A DNA stretch of 64,000 bases from the NCBI GenBank assembly GCA_965203905.1, contig CBDBDQ010000005.1, forward strand, positions 672,001 to 736,000. Reading direction: 5' to 3'. The position numbers and the translations under genes are program-made. Shown in pieces: positions 29,321 to 38,185 of this stretch (positions are counted from its first letter, which is position 1; each line of letters starts with the position of its first letter). The notes beneath the pieces were generated by a model. That model worked only from the letters and a program-made list of their open reading frames with translations. It did no database searches and was not told the DNA's origin. The DNA is from Spirochaetia bacterium (GTDB lineage: Bacteria > Spirochaetota > Spirochaetia > SZUA-6 > Bin103).

Positions 29321-29680
29321 GTGATCAAGGAGTGGAGTCGTCAGTACAGGGGAGATCCGGAGTACGAGTTCGACCTGCTTGCCATCGAGGTAGGGGAACG
29401 CATCGTCGAGAGGATGGAAGACCTCGGGATGACCCGTACCAAGTTGGCAGCAGCGGTCGGGGTGAGCAAGGCGCGTATCAGCCAGATCCTCAGCGGGTAC
29501 GACAATCTCACGTTGAAGAGTCTTGTCGCAGTTGCTGCCGGGCTGGAAAGCCAAATCGAGCTACGGTTGAAGGGCAAGGAGATCAATACGAAACCAGCAC
29601 GGCCTCAGTGGCGTCCCATCAGTGCCACTGTGCGACTGGCGGCCGCGGGCGATCCCTCGGAATCCGCAGTCGCTGCCTGA
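29321..29680 (+). CDS. XRE/HigA-type antitoxin with C-terminal chaperone-addiction (ChAD)-like tail
   Basis: HTH 'GMTRTKLAAAVGVSKARISQILSG.DNLTLKSL', followed by tail 'KPARPQWRPISATVRLAAAGDPSESAVAA'. AGGAG RBS precedes GTG 29321. Confidence 0.82.
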   Translation: MIKEWSRQYRGDPEYEFDLLAIEVGERIVERMEDLGMTRTKLAAAVGVSKARISQILSGYDNLTLKSLVAVAAGLESQIELRLKGKEINTKPARPQWRPISATVRLAAAGDPSESAVAA

Positions 29681-29692
29681 CTTGGCATACCC

Positions 29693-30118
29693 TTGTCTCG
29701 CAAGCTTGCTCTACGCCAGCCCGCTCAGGCAGCTATTGATCTGCGCAGCTTCTGGATTGAGCGGATCGAGTACCAGGAGGCTGACGAGGCTCCCGAACAG
29801 CCCCCTGAACCCACAGTGCGGCTTTCGCGTCCGGTCCTGCACCAAAATGCTACCGACACAGACACCTTCTTGATGACCTTCAGAATTCGCGCGGCGCAAG
29901 GGGACGTGCGGTCGATCGATCTGACGATTTGCGGCGTATTCCACGTGCAGGCCGACGATGACGGCGACGAGGCTATCCCGAAAATGCTTATCTTTAACGG
30001 TTCTGCCATGCTGTACGGCGCTGCCCGAGGCATTATCGAGTCGGTGACGGGCCTTACGGGACTCGGACGGCTACGGGTACCGACAGTGAACATCGCGAGC
30101 GTGCTGCGCGGAAAGTGA
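29693..30118 (+). CDS. SecB-like chaperone of a TAC module
   Basis: 'IDLTICGVF...NGSAMLYGAARGIIESVTG.TG.GRLRVPTVNI' follows the SecB C-terminal pattern. Third gene after toxin and antitoxin. Confidence 0.8.
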   Translation: MSRKLALRQPAQAAIDLRSFWIERIEYQEADEAPEQPPEPTVRLSRPVLHQNATDTDTFLMTFRIRAAQGDVRSIDLTICGVFHVQADDDGDEAIPKMLIFNGSAMLYGAARGIIESVTGLTGLGRLRVPTVNIASVLRGK

Positions 30119-30142
30119 CCGCGCCGCGAATCCCTCCTCGCG

Positions 30143-31006
30143 CTACTGGCGGATGAACTTCTGGAGCTGGCCGTCGACCTGTACCTGGCCGACGTAGAGG
30201 TCGCCGCGGGAGTCGCTCCAGATGCCGTGCGGGGCGGCGAGGAACTCGCCCGGTTTGCGGCTGGGCCGGCCGCCGCCCCAGCTCGACAGCAGCTCGCCGT
30301 CCATCGAGTAGACGCTGACCTCCTGCTCCAGCCCGGCGAGGTAGAGGACGTCGCCGGCGGGATCGAAGTGGAGCGTGTCGGGCTTGGTGATCCCGGCCCA
30401 CTCGGTGAGGAAGCGGCCCTCGGTGTCGAAGATCTGGATGCGGTCATTGGTGCGGTCGCACACCCAGACGCGGTCCTGCGAGTCCACGCGCACGGCGTGT
30501 GACAGGTTGAACTGGCCGGGGCCGGTGCCCCACTCGCCCCACGACAGGATCAGCTCACCGTCCGGTGAGTACTTGTGCACCCGCGCGTTGCCGTAGCCGT
30601 CGGAGATGAACAGCTCGCCGGTGGAGGCGACGCCCACGTCGGTGGGCAGGTTGAACGGGTCGCCGTCGCGCGCACCCGGCCGGCCGGGGGTGCCGATGGT
30701 CAGCACCAGCTTGCCGTTGCGGTCGAACTTGTGCATGCAGTGGGTGTTGCGCTCGGTGCAGAACACGTTGTCCTGGTCGTCGATGAAGATCCCGTGGGCG
30801 TCTTCCAGCACGTCGGCGCCCCACTCCTCCAGGAACCGCCCGTCGCGGTCGAACACCACCAGTGGATGCTCGCTGCGCGAGTAGACGAACACCCGGTCCT
30901 GCGAATCGCAGGCCACCGCCGGGATCCAGCCCCAGCTCCAGCCGTCGGGCAGCCGGCCCCATCCCTCGGCCACTTCGTATCGGTACTCACCACTGCCGAA
31001 TGCCAT
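30143..31006 (-). CDS. NHL-repeat beta-propeller (PAL/peptidyl-alpha-hydroxyglycine lyase-like) protein
   Basis: Repeated NHL motifs 'FNLPTDVGV', 'DGYGNARVHKY', 'GPGQFNLSH' and 'PGEFLAAPHGIWSDS'. Confidence 0.88.
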   Translation of the reverse strand: MAFGSGEYRYEVAEGWGRLPDGWSWGWIPAVACDSQDRVFVYSRSEHPLVVFDRDGRFLEEWGADVLEDAHGIFIDDQDNVFCTERNTHCMHKFDRNGKLVLTIGTPGRPGARDGDPFNLPTDVGVASTGELFISDGYGNARVHKYSPDGELILSWGEWGTGPGQFNLSHAVRVDSQDRVWVCDRTNDRIQIFDTEGRFLTEWAGITKPDTLHFDPAGDVLYLAGLEQEVSVYSMDGELLSSWGGGRPSRKPGEFLAAPHGIWSDSRGDLYVGQVQVDGQLQKFIRQ

Positions 31007-31031
31007 GCCGCACCATACCACAAAGCCGGAA

Positions 31032-31049
31032 CGTACAGTATTATGTACG
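31032..31049 (+). promoter_or_regulatory. YefM-YoeB operator overlapping the -10 box
   Basis: CGTACA-N6-TGTACG inverted repeat surrounding TATTAT. The TATTAT box lies 6 nt before the ATG. Confidence 0.65.
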
Positions 31050-31050
31050 G

Positions 31051-31332
31051 ATGGCGGGTGAGCGGATAACGAATTACACCGAGGCGCGACAGAACCTGAA
31101 GTCGTTGATGGACTCAGCCACTGAGGATCGGGTCCCCGTGATCATCACGCGGACGACGGGAGCACCCGTGATCATGATGGCGAAATCGGAGTACGACGCA
31201 ACGATGGAGACCTTCCATCTGCTGCGCTCACCGCGCAACGCGGAACGCCTGCGGGCGGCAATCGCCGATGTCGAAGCGGGCAAGGTAGTGCACGCCGATC
31301 TCGTCGATGGGACAATCGCCGAGCGACTGTGA
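31051..31332 (+). CDS. yefM: YefM/Phd antitoxin
   Basis: 'NYTEARQNLKSLMD...PVIITR...ETFHLLRSPRNAERLRAAI'. Confidence 0.93.
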   Translation: MAGERITNYTEARQNLKSLMDSATEDRVPVIITRTTGAPVIMMAKSEYDATMETFHLLRSPRNAERLRAAIADVEAGKVVHADLVDGTIAERL

Positions 31333-31604
31333 GCCGGGAAGGCCGCGCGGCCGCCATCGCGTTCTCACGGCAAGCCTGGGCAGATTACCAGTACTGGGTA
31401 CAGCACGACCGGAACGTGGCGAGACGAATCGCGCGGCTGATCGAGGAGTGCCTGCGCGATCCCTTTCAGGGGCTCGGACATCCCGAGCCTCTGAAGCACG
31501 AACTCTCCGGCTACTGGTCACGCCGAATCACCAAGGAACACCGCCTCGTGTACCAGGTCGCGGAAGGCCAGTGCGTGGTCGTCCAGTGTCGCTACCACTA
31601 CTGA
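31329..31604 (+). CDS. yoeB: YoeB/Txe toxin
   Basis: 'AWADYQYW...RDPFQGLGHPEPLKHELSGYWSRRITKEHRLVY...CRYHY'. Confidence 0.96.
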   Translation: MSREGRAAAIAFSRQAWADYQYWVQHDRNVARRIARLIEECLRDPFQGLGHPEPLKHELSGYWSRRITKEHRLVYQVAEGQCVVVQCRYHY

Positions 31605-31634
31605 GCTCGGCGCATCACCACAAGCGCCATTCCC

Positions 31635-33317
31635 ATGGGTGACAGCCGGCGCCGCACGAAGCGGCTCACTGCCGACGCCCGGTACCTGGTGTTCCCGCGC
31701 GCCCGCGACTACGCCGGTGACCGGGCCGGTGACGGCCGCGACCGGCTCCACGTCGCGACCGACGCGGGCACCTGGTTCTCGGCCCACGGTGCGGCGCTGG
31801 CGGCGACCGATCCCGACTTCTACAGCTACCTGGACCTGAGCCTGCTCCAGGGCAGGGAGTTGACCGTCACCATCACCGGCCCCCACGCCGCCGGCATCGA
31901 GCTGGTCCGGGTAACCGACCGGATCCCCGGCCGCCACCCGCCCTACGCCGAGCCGGGGCGGCCGCGGGTTCACTTCTCGGCCCTGCGCGGCTGGCTAAAC
32001 GACCCATCGGGCATGTTCTACCTCGACGGCCGATGGCACCTGTACTACGCCAACAACCGCTTCGCCAACCGCATGGCCGGACCCGACAACGCCTGGGCGC
32101 ACGCCGTCAGCAGCGACCTGCTGCATTGGGAAGAACTGCCGCTCCTGCTGGCCCCGGAGCGCGGCCGCCACTCGTTCTGGACCGGCGGCGCCGCGGTGGA
32201 CCTGGCCAATGCCAGCGGCCGCGGCAGCGCGCGGCGGCCGGCCGTGGTGTTCGCTGCCAACAACGGCAGCGACGCCCCCGACGCCTTTACCCAGTGCACG
32301 TTCGTCAGTGCCGACGGCGGCCTTACCTGCAGCAGCGACCCGCGCATGATGTACCACCCGCTGCCGCCACAGGCCGAGCGCCGCGGCGGCGGCACCCGCG
32401 ACCCGATGATCCTGTGGTGGGAGCCGGAGCGGAAGTGGGTGATGGTCGTCTACAACCGTCCCCCCGGCGGCGAGCACAGTTTCCACTTCTTCGAATCGAG
32501 GGACCTGCGGAGCTGGCGCGAAACCGGGGTCCTGGCGGGGATGTACGAGTGCCCCAACCTGTTCCGGCTACCGGTCGACGATGACCCGGAAAATCAGCGG
32601 TGGGTCGTCTGGGGCTCCTCCACCGAGTACCTGGTCGGAGACTTCGACGGCCACCGGTTCACCCCCGATTCCGGCGCGCGCCTGCGCACCCACTACGGCG
32701 CGTTCTCCGCCTCGCAGGTATTCGCCAACGCGCCGGCGGGAAGGATCGTGCAGATCGGGTGGGCGCACTGCTGCAACTACGCCCACGAGTTCTGCCAGAT
32801 GGCCTCCTTTCCATTGCAGCTCGGCCTGCGCACGACCGCCGCCGGCGTGCGCCTGTTCGCGCGCTTCATCCCCGAGCTGCGCCGCCTGCGGCTCTCTGGG
32901 TGGGAAACAGCGGACGTGACCGTGGGCGCCGGCCGCAGCTACCGCACCGGGGACACCTCGCGCCCGTTGGAGATGCTGCTGGAAGCGACCGCGGCGCCCG
33001 GGGCCACGCTGGTCGTCAGCGGCAGCGAGCTGGAACTGACCTGGCACGCCGCCAGCGGCGACTTCCGGCTGCAGGGAAACCGCGTGACGATCCCGGGTCC
33101 GGCACCGGGCGGACGCATCTCGCTCCACCTCCTGCTCGACGTTCCGTCGGTGGAAGCGGTGGTGAACGACGGCGCCGCCTACGTGATTCAGGAGCGCGAC
33201 TACCGGCGCCTGGAGCCGGACGTGCCGCTGCGGATCGCGGCGCGCGGCGGTGAAATCGTGCTGCACCGCGTACGGGTCTATCCGCTGCGGTCGATCCACG
33301 ACGGCGCGGAGCCGTAG
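31635..33317 (+). CDS. GH32 glycoside hydrolase (levanase/fructosidase-like)
   Basis: All three GH32 catalytic motifs are present: 'GWLNDPSG', 'TRDP' and 'YECP'. Also 'WAHAVSSDLLHW'. Confidence 0.9.
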   Translation: MGDSRRRTKRLTADARYLVFPRARDYAGDRAGDGRDRLHVATDAGTWFSAHGAALAATDPDFYSYLDLSLLQGRELTVTITGPHAAGIELVRVTDRIPGRHPPYAEPGRPRVHFSALRGWLNDPSGMFYLDGRWHLYYANNRFANRMAGPDNAWAHAVSSDLLHWEELPLLLAPERGRHSFWTGGAAVDLANASGRGSARRPAVVFAANNGSDAPDAFTQCTFVSADGGLTCSSDPRMMYHPLPPQAERRGGGTRDPMILWWEPERKWVMVVYNRPPGGEHSFHFFESRDLRSWRETGVLAGMYECPNLFRLPVDDDPENQRWVVWGSSTEYLVGDFDGHRFTPDSGARLRTHYGAFSASQVFANAPAGRIVQIGWAHCCNYAHEFCQMASFPLQLGLRTTAAGVRLFARFIPELRRLRLSGWETADVTVGAGRSYRTGDTSRPLEMLLEATAAPGATLVVSGSELELTWHAASGDFRLQGNRVTIPGPAPGGRISLHLLLDVPSVEAVVNDGAAYVIQERDYRRLEPDVPLRIAARGGEIVLHRVRVYPLRSIHDGAEP

Positions 33318-33323
33318 CAGCGC

Positions 33324-34475
33324 TCAGCGGCTGTAGGGGTCGGCGGCGTCACGCAGCCCGTCGCCGATGAAGTTGAACGCGAGCACCGCGGTAACGATGA
33401 AGATGGTCGGAATCAGGTGCCACGGGTAGTTGAAGATCACGATCAGGCTGCGCGCCTGCTGCATCATCGACCCCCAGCTCACTTCCGGCGGCAGGATCCC
33501 CAGGCCGAGAAAGCTGAGCGTGGTCTCGCCCAGAATCATGTGAGGAATGGCCAGCGTGATGCTGACCACGAGATAGCTCAGAAACCCCGGCAGCAGGTGG
33601 CTCACGATCACCTTGCGATCGGTGGAACCCGCGACCTTGGCGGCCATCACGTAGTCGTCCTCGCGCATCGAGATCAGGCGCCCGCGCACCACCCGCGCCA
33701 GCCCGGTCCAGCCGATGAACGAGAGGATGATGGTGATGGCGAAGAAGGTCTCGATCCCGCTCCAGTTGTTGGGAATGGCAGCCGACAGCGCAATCCACAG
33801 GGGAAGCTGCGGCAGGCTCAGAATGAACTCGATCAGGCGCTGGATGGCATCGTCCACGAAGCCGCCGAAGTAGCCGGAAATGCCTCCCAGGGTCACCCCC
33901 AGGACGAAGCTGATAAGCACCCCGACCAACCCCACCGAAAGCGAGATGCGGCCCGCGTACAGCGTCTGCGAGTAGACATCCATACCGATGTTGTTGGTCC
34001 CGAACAGCGCCACGTACCCCTCGCCCACTCCGAACAGCCGGGTCTGCGCCGGAATCAGTCCGAGGACCTTGTACGGTGCACCGCTGGTGAAGAACCGGAC
34101 AGGAATTCTGCGGCTGCGATCCGGCACCGTCCGATAGGTATAGGTTGCCTCGTCAAGTTCCTTGCGGGCGGCGTATACGAACGGCGCGTTGAATCCGGTG
34201 GCCGGATCGAACACCCGGATACGCGTCGGCGAGCTGAACTGGGCGTCGGGGATGCGGTAGTTCTTGGGGTAGGGCGCGAAGAAATCGGCGAAGATCGCCA
34301 GCAGGTAGAGCACCCCCAACACGGCGAGACTGACCAGGGCCAGCCGGTGGCGGCGGAACTTCAGCCAGACGAGCTGGCGCTGGGACGCAAGGGAAAGGCG
34401 CTCGGCGCCCGAGTCGCCGGACTGCGGCGCCGCGGCGGCCGTGGCGGGTGCCGTGGGTTTCGCGGTGACGCTCAA
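33324..34475 (-). CDS. ABC transporter permease, OppC/DppC family
   Basis: Motifs 'KFRRHRLA', 'RISLSVGL', 'GWTGLARVVRG', 'SFLGLGI.PP..SWG' and 'GDGLRDAADPY'. Confidence 0.93.
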   Translation of the reverse strand: MSVTAKPTAPATAAAAPQSGDSGAERLSLASQRQLVWLKFRRHRLALVSLAVLGVLYLLAIFADFFAPYPKNYRIPDAQFSSPTRIRVFDPATGFNAPFVYAARKELDEATYTYRTVPDRSRRIPVRFFTSGAPYKVLGLIPAQTRLFGVGEGYVALFGTNNIGMDVYSQTLYAGRISLSVGLVGVLISFVLGVTLGGISGYFGGFVDDAIQRLIEFILSLPQLPLWIALSAAIPNNWSGIETFFAITIILSFIGWTGLARVVRGRLISMREDDYVMAAKVAGSTDRKVIVSHLLPGFLSYLVVSITLAIPHMILGETTLSFLGLGILPPEVSWGSMMQQARSLIVIFNYPWHLIPTIFIVTAVLAFNFIGDGLRDAADPYSR

Positions 34476-35467
34476 TCGCTCAGCCTGATGCGCGGGTCGA
34501 CGATGCCCAGCAGGAGATCGGAGACGAGGGTGCCGATGACGGTGAGGGCGCTCAGGATCATGAAGATCGCCCCCGCCAGGTACATGTCCTCGTTCATGAT
34601 CGACTCGATCATGATCGGCCCGGTGGTGGGCAGGTTGAGCACCATCGATACCACCACCTCACCGCCGAAGGCGGCGGGCAACACCCAGCCGATCGTGCTG
34701 ATGAGGGGATTGATGGCCACCCGCACCGGATACTTGAACAACACCTTCAGCTCGCTCACGCCCTTCGACCGGGCGGTGACCACGTACTGCTTCTTGAGCT
34801 CGTCCAGCAGCGTGGCCCGATGGATGCGAATCAGCGCCGCGGCACTGGAGGAGGCCAGCACCAGCAGCGGTATCGCGAGGTTCTTGAGCATGTCGAGCAG
34901 TCGTGCCAGCGACCACGCGGCATCCCGGAACTCGGCCGAGAACAGCCCGGTCGCCGCCCAGCCGGTGTACCGGTACACGGTGAACACCAGGACGATCGCG
35001 AACAGGAACGCGGGAATCGACAGGCCGACGAAGCCGAAGAAGGTGAACAGGTAGTCCAGGGGCGAGTACTGGCGCACCGCGGAGTAGGTACCGATGGGCA
35101 GTGCGAACAGCCACGCCAGGAGCAGTCCCGCCAGGGTGATGGCCATGGTGCGCGGCACCCGCTCCGCCAGGATGTCACCCACCGCTCGCTTGTAGGTGAA
35201 CGAAGACCCGAAATCGCCGCGCAGGACGATGTTCCCGATCCAGCGCAGGTACTGCGCCGCGAACGGCTTGTCCAGGGCGTAGCGCTGTTTCAACACCTCG
35301 ATCTGCGCCTGGTCGAGGATGTTCCCGGCTCGCGCGAGGTTCTGCACGTAGGTGTCGACGTAGTCGCCCGGCGGGAGCTGGATGACGGCGAAGCTGAACA
35401 GCGACAGCGCCGCCAGCATCGGCAGCACCAGCGTGAATCGGCGGTAGACGTACTTCAGCATGCGCAC
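34472..35467 (-). CDS. ABC transporter permease, OppB/DppB family
   Basis: Motifs 'IQLPPGDY', 'GDFGSSF', 'YVVTARSKG' and 'LGIVDPRIR'. Confidence 0.93.
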   Translation of the reverse strand: MRMLKYVYRRFTLVLPMLAALSLFSFAVIQLPPGDYVDTYVQNLARAGNILDQAQIEVLKQRYALDKPFAAQYLRWIGNIVLRGDFGSSFTYKRAVGDILAERVPRTMAITLAGLLLAWLFALPIGTYSAVRQYSPLDYLFTFFGFVGLSIPAFLFAIVLVFTVYRYTGWAATGLFSAEFRDAAWSLARLLDMLKNLAIPLLVLASSSAAALIRIHRATLLDELKKQYVVTARSKGVSELKVLFKYPVRVAINPLISTIGWVLPAAFGGEVVVSMVLNLPTTGPIMIESIMNEDMYLAGAIFMILSALTVIGTLVSDLLLGIVDPRIRLSD

Positions 35468-35473
35468 CGACGC

Positions 35474-35506
35474 GGCGGACCGGGTATACCAGTCACCCGG
35501 CCCGCC
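35474..35506 (-). other. Stem-loop between the SBP gene and the permease gene
   Basis: 12-bp stem GGCGGACCGGGT / ACCCGGCCCGCC. The one mismatch becomes a G-U pair on the coding (minus) strand. Confidence 0.55.
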
Positions 35507-35521
35507 ACGCTCACGGGAACG

Positions 35522-37501
35522 TTACGATTCGAAGTACCACTGCGGCGCGGCCTCCGTCATCCCGAAGATGATCGGATAGCCGTCGCCGGGAATGTTGCGC
35601 AGGTCGCTCGAGAAGATGTTGGGCTGGACGATCGACCCGACCGGCCAGATCATTACGTAGTTGCGCGCGAAGTAGTCGAGGAGCTGCTGCCACAGCTCGG
35701 CACCCTCGGGCGACTCCGGCGGTACCGCCTTGCGCGCCGTATGGATGTCGAAGAACTCCTGCAGGTAGGCAGGAGGCTGGCGCCCGCTCTCGCCCGCGGT
35801 CTCGGCATAGAGGGCGCTCGCCGGCGCCCAGGCGCCCTTCGAGCGTGGCCAGTAGTCCTGCGAAATCCCGGACGGGTGGCCGGGAATGTCGTTCCACATC
35901 ACGGTCATCGCGTACTCGTTGTTGCGCAGCTCCTCCCGCCAGATCTGGGGCGCCACCTGCTTGGCGCTGGCGTTGATGCCCACCGCGTGCAGGAATTGCG
36001 CCACGAGCTGTGACAGGTCGATCTGATCGGGCGACAGGCCGTTGGTCACGATCTGGAACTCGAACGTCGACCCATCGGGATAGGTGCGGAATCCCTTGGC
36101 GTCCCGCTCGGTCATCCCCAGCTCGTCGAGGAGCTGGTTGGCCAGCTCCGGATCGTAGTCGATGGGGGTGACCAGGTCGTCCATTTGGTAGCGGCCGAAG
36201 TACAGCGACTCGTTGATGTCGTGCTTGTCGATGGCCAGCGCCACGGCCCGGCCGAAGCGCCGCTCCGAATCCTGCACCAGTACCTGCCACTGGCTGTCCG
36301 GATTCTCGTAGTCGTAGTCCTGGTTGATGAACAGGAGCGGCGGACTGTTGAATCCGCCGGAGGTCTGCACGTAGTAGCCGGCGCGCTCGGCGCCCTCCAG
36401 GTAGAGCGGCATGCCGGGGAGCCGGACGAAGTCATCGAGCACGTAGTCGATCTCGCCCGACAGAATCTTGACGTTGGCCGCATCCGCGTCGGTCGCCTTG
36501 GTGCTCAGGATGCGATCTATGTAGGGGAGCTGCTGGCCCTCGGCATCCACCCAGTTGTAGTAGGGGTTGCGCTCCACCAGGGTGTGGGTGTCGGTGATCT
36601 CGATCGGGTCCCACGCCTGGAAGTGGGGAACCCCGATCAGCAGGCGGTTGCGTCCCGAGCGCTGCCAGTGGGTCTCGCCCTTGATGGCCAGAAGCTGCTG
36701 CCAGTCCACCAGGCCGGCTTCCTTGGCCATGGCGCTGATCTTGGCCTGGTCCGCGTAGGTGGGATGAAACTGCTTCAGGAACTTGGACGGGCGCATGATC
36801 ATGGTCGAGTCGGTGATCCAGGAACGCAGATCGGCCACGAAGAACCCGTAGGAACGGTCGAAGGTGATGCGAAAGGAGTACTCGTCCAGAATCTCGACCA
36901 CGCCCATCGGGTAGAGGCGGTTGCCCTGCGCGTGCAGGTTGTTGCGCGGGACGATGTTGCACTCCTCGCAACCGTACAGGTCCTCGAAGGTGAAGCGCAC
37001 GTCCTCGGTGGTGACCGGATCACCGTTGGACCACTTCAACCCCTTGCGGATGGTGAAGTTGAACACCCGGTAGTCGTCCGCGGTGCTGAAGTCCTCCAGC
37101 AGGACCGGAATCATGTCCTTCGTGCGCTGCTCCGGCGCCCACAGGAAGTTATTGGTGCTGATGTCCAGGATGCTGACCTTGGTGCTCAGCGCCACGGTCC
37201 GCAACGTTCTGCCATCGCTGTACTTGCCGGGCTTCCAGTCGAGGTATTGGGTGCCGTTCAGCACCCCGGGCCCGGCCACGACGGGTACGTCGGGCAGCCG
37301 CTCCTCCACCGGTGGAAGGTCTCCCGCGGCCACCATCCGCGCCAGCATCGGAGCCTCGGAGTAGGTACCTCCGGAGGCCGCCGGCATGCTCGCGTCGCCG
37401 GCCGGGGTCGTTCCCTCTTCGGCGCCGCCTGCCCACAGCGACATGCCGGGCAGAAGCAGAATCAGCACGCTGATGCCGATCCATGTGCGAATCTGTGTCA
37501 T
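35522..37501 (-). CDS. ABC transporter solute-binding protein, family 5 (sugar-binding OppA/AgpA-like)
   Basis: Signal peptide 'MTQIRTWIG...LWAGGAEE', 'EAPMLARMVAAGDLPPVEERLP', 'GLKWSNGDPVT.EDV.F' and 'ERNPYY..VD.EGQQLPYID'. GGAGG RBS. Confidence 0.92.
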   Translation of the reverse strand: MTQIRTWIGISVLILLLPGMSLWAGGAEEGTTPAGDASMPAASGGTYSEAPMLARMVAAGDLPPVEERLPDVPVVAGPGVLNGTQYLDWKPGKYSDGRTLRTVALSTKVSILDISTNNFLWAPEQRTKDMIPVLLEDFSTADDYRVFNFTIRKGLKWSNGDPVTTEDVRFTFEDLYGCEECNIVPRNNLHAQGNRLYPMGVVEILDEYSFRITFDRSYGFFVADLRSWITDSTMIMRPSKFLKQFHPTYADQAKISAMAKEAGLVDWQQLLAIKGETHWQRSGRNRLLIGVPHFQAWDPIEITDTHTLVERNPYYNWVDAEGQQLPYIDRILSTKATDADAANVKILSGEIDYVLDDFVRLPGMPLYLEGAERAGYYVQTSGGFNSPPLLFINQDYDYENPDSQWQVLVQDSERRFGRAVALAIDKHDINESLYFGRYQMDDLVTPIDYDPELANQLLDELGMTERDAKGFRTYPDGSTFEFQIVTNGLSPDQIDLSQLVAQFLHAVGINASAKQVAPQIWREELRNNEYAMTVMWNDIPGHPSGISQDYWPRSKGAWAPASALYAETAGESGRQPPAYLQEFFDIHTARKAVPPESPEGAELWQQLLDYFARNYVMIWPVGSIVQPNIFSSDLRNIPGDGYPIIFGMTEAAPQWYFES

Positions 37502-37545
37502 TTCCGCACCTCCCGTGTTCATCCTGGTACGGCATCGGGGAGCTG

Positions 37546-38185
37546 TCAATGCTGGCGCACCGCCGAGTAGGTACCGATCGGCAGCGCGAACAGCCACGCC
37601 AGGAGCAGTCCCGCCAGGGTGATGGCCATGGTGCGCGGCACCCGCTCCGCCAGGATGTCACCCACCGCTCGCTTGTAGGTGAACGAAGACCCGAAATCGC
37701 CGCGCAGGACGATGTTCCCGATCCACCCGACCGGCCAGATCATCACGTAGTTGCGCGCGAAGTAGTCGAGCAGTTGCTGCCACAGCTCGGCACCCTCGGG
37801 CGACTCCGGCGGTACCGCCTTGCGCGCCGTATGGATGTCGAAGAACTCCTGCAGGTAGGCAGGAGGCTGGCGCCCGCTCTCGCCCGCGGTCTCGGCATAG
37901 AGGGCGCTCGCCGGCGCCCAGGCGCCCTTCGAGCGTGGCCAGTAGTCCTGCGAGATCCCGGACGGGTCGAGAAGCTGGTTGGCCAGCTCCGGATCGTAGT
38001 CGATGGGGGTGACCAGGTCGTCCATGTGGTAGCGGCCGAAGTACAGCGACTCGTTGATGTCGTGCTTGTCGATGGCCAGCGCCACGGCCCGGCCGAAGCG
38101 CCGCTCCGAATCCTGCACCAGTACCTGCCACTGGCTGTCGGAGTTCTCGTAGTCGTAGTCGTGGTTGATGTACAGGAGCGGCGAC
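37546..38185 (-). pseudogene. Collapsed chimeric copy of the SBP + oppB genes
   Basis: Three near-identical segments are joined: about 37967-38185 copies 36125-36342, about 37726-37967 copies 35636-35877, and about 37551-37725 copies oppB 35070-35242. Confidence 0.9.

Noticed and set aside
31007-31630. Imperfect direct repeat (GCA..ACCACAA..GC) flanking yefM-yoeB as a target-site duplication
   Set aside because: Only a 7-nt exact core (ACCACAA), which is too weak to distinguish from chance.
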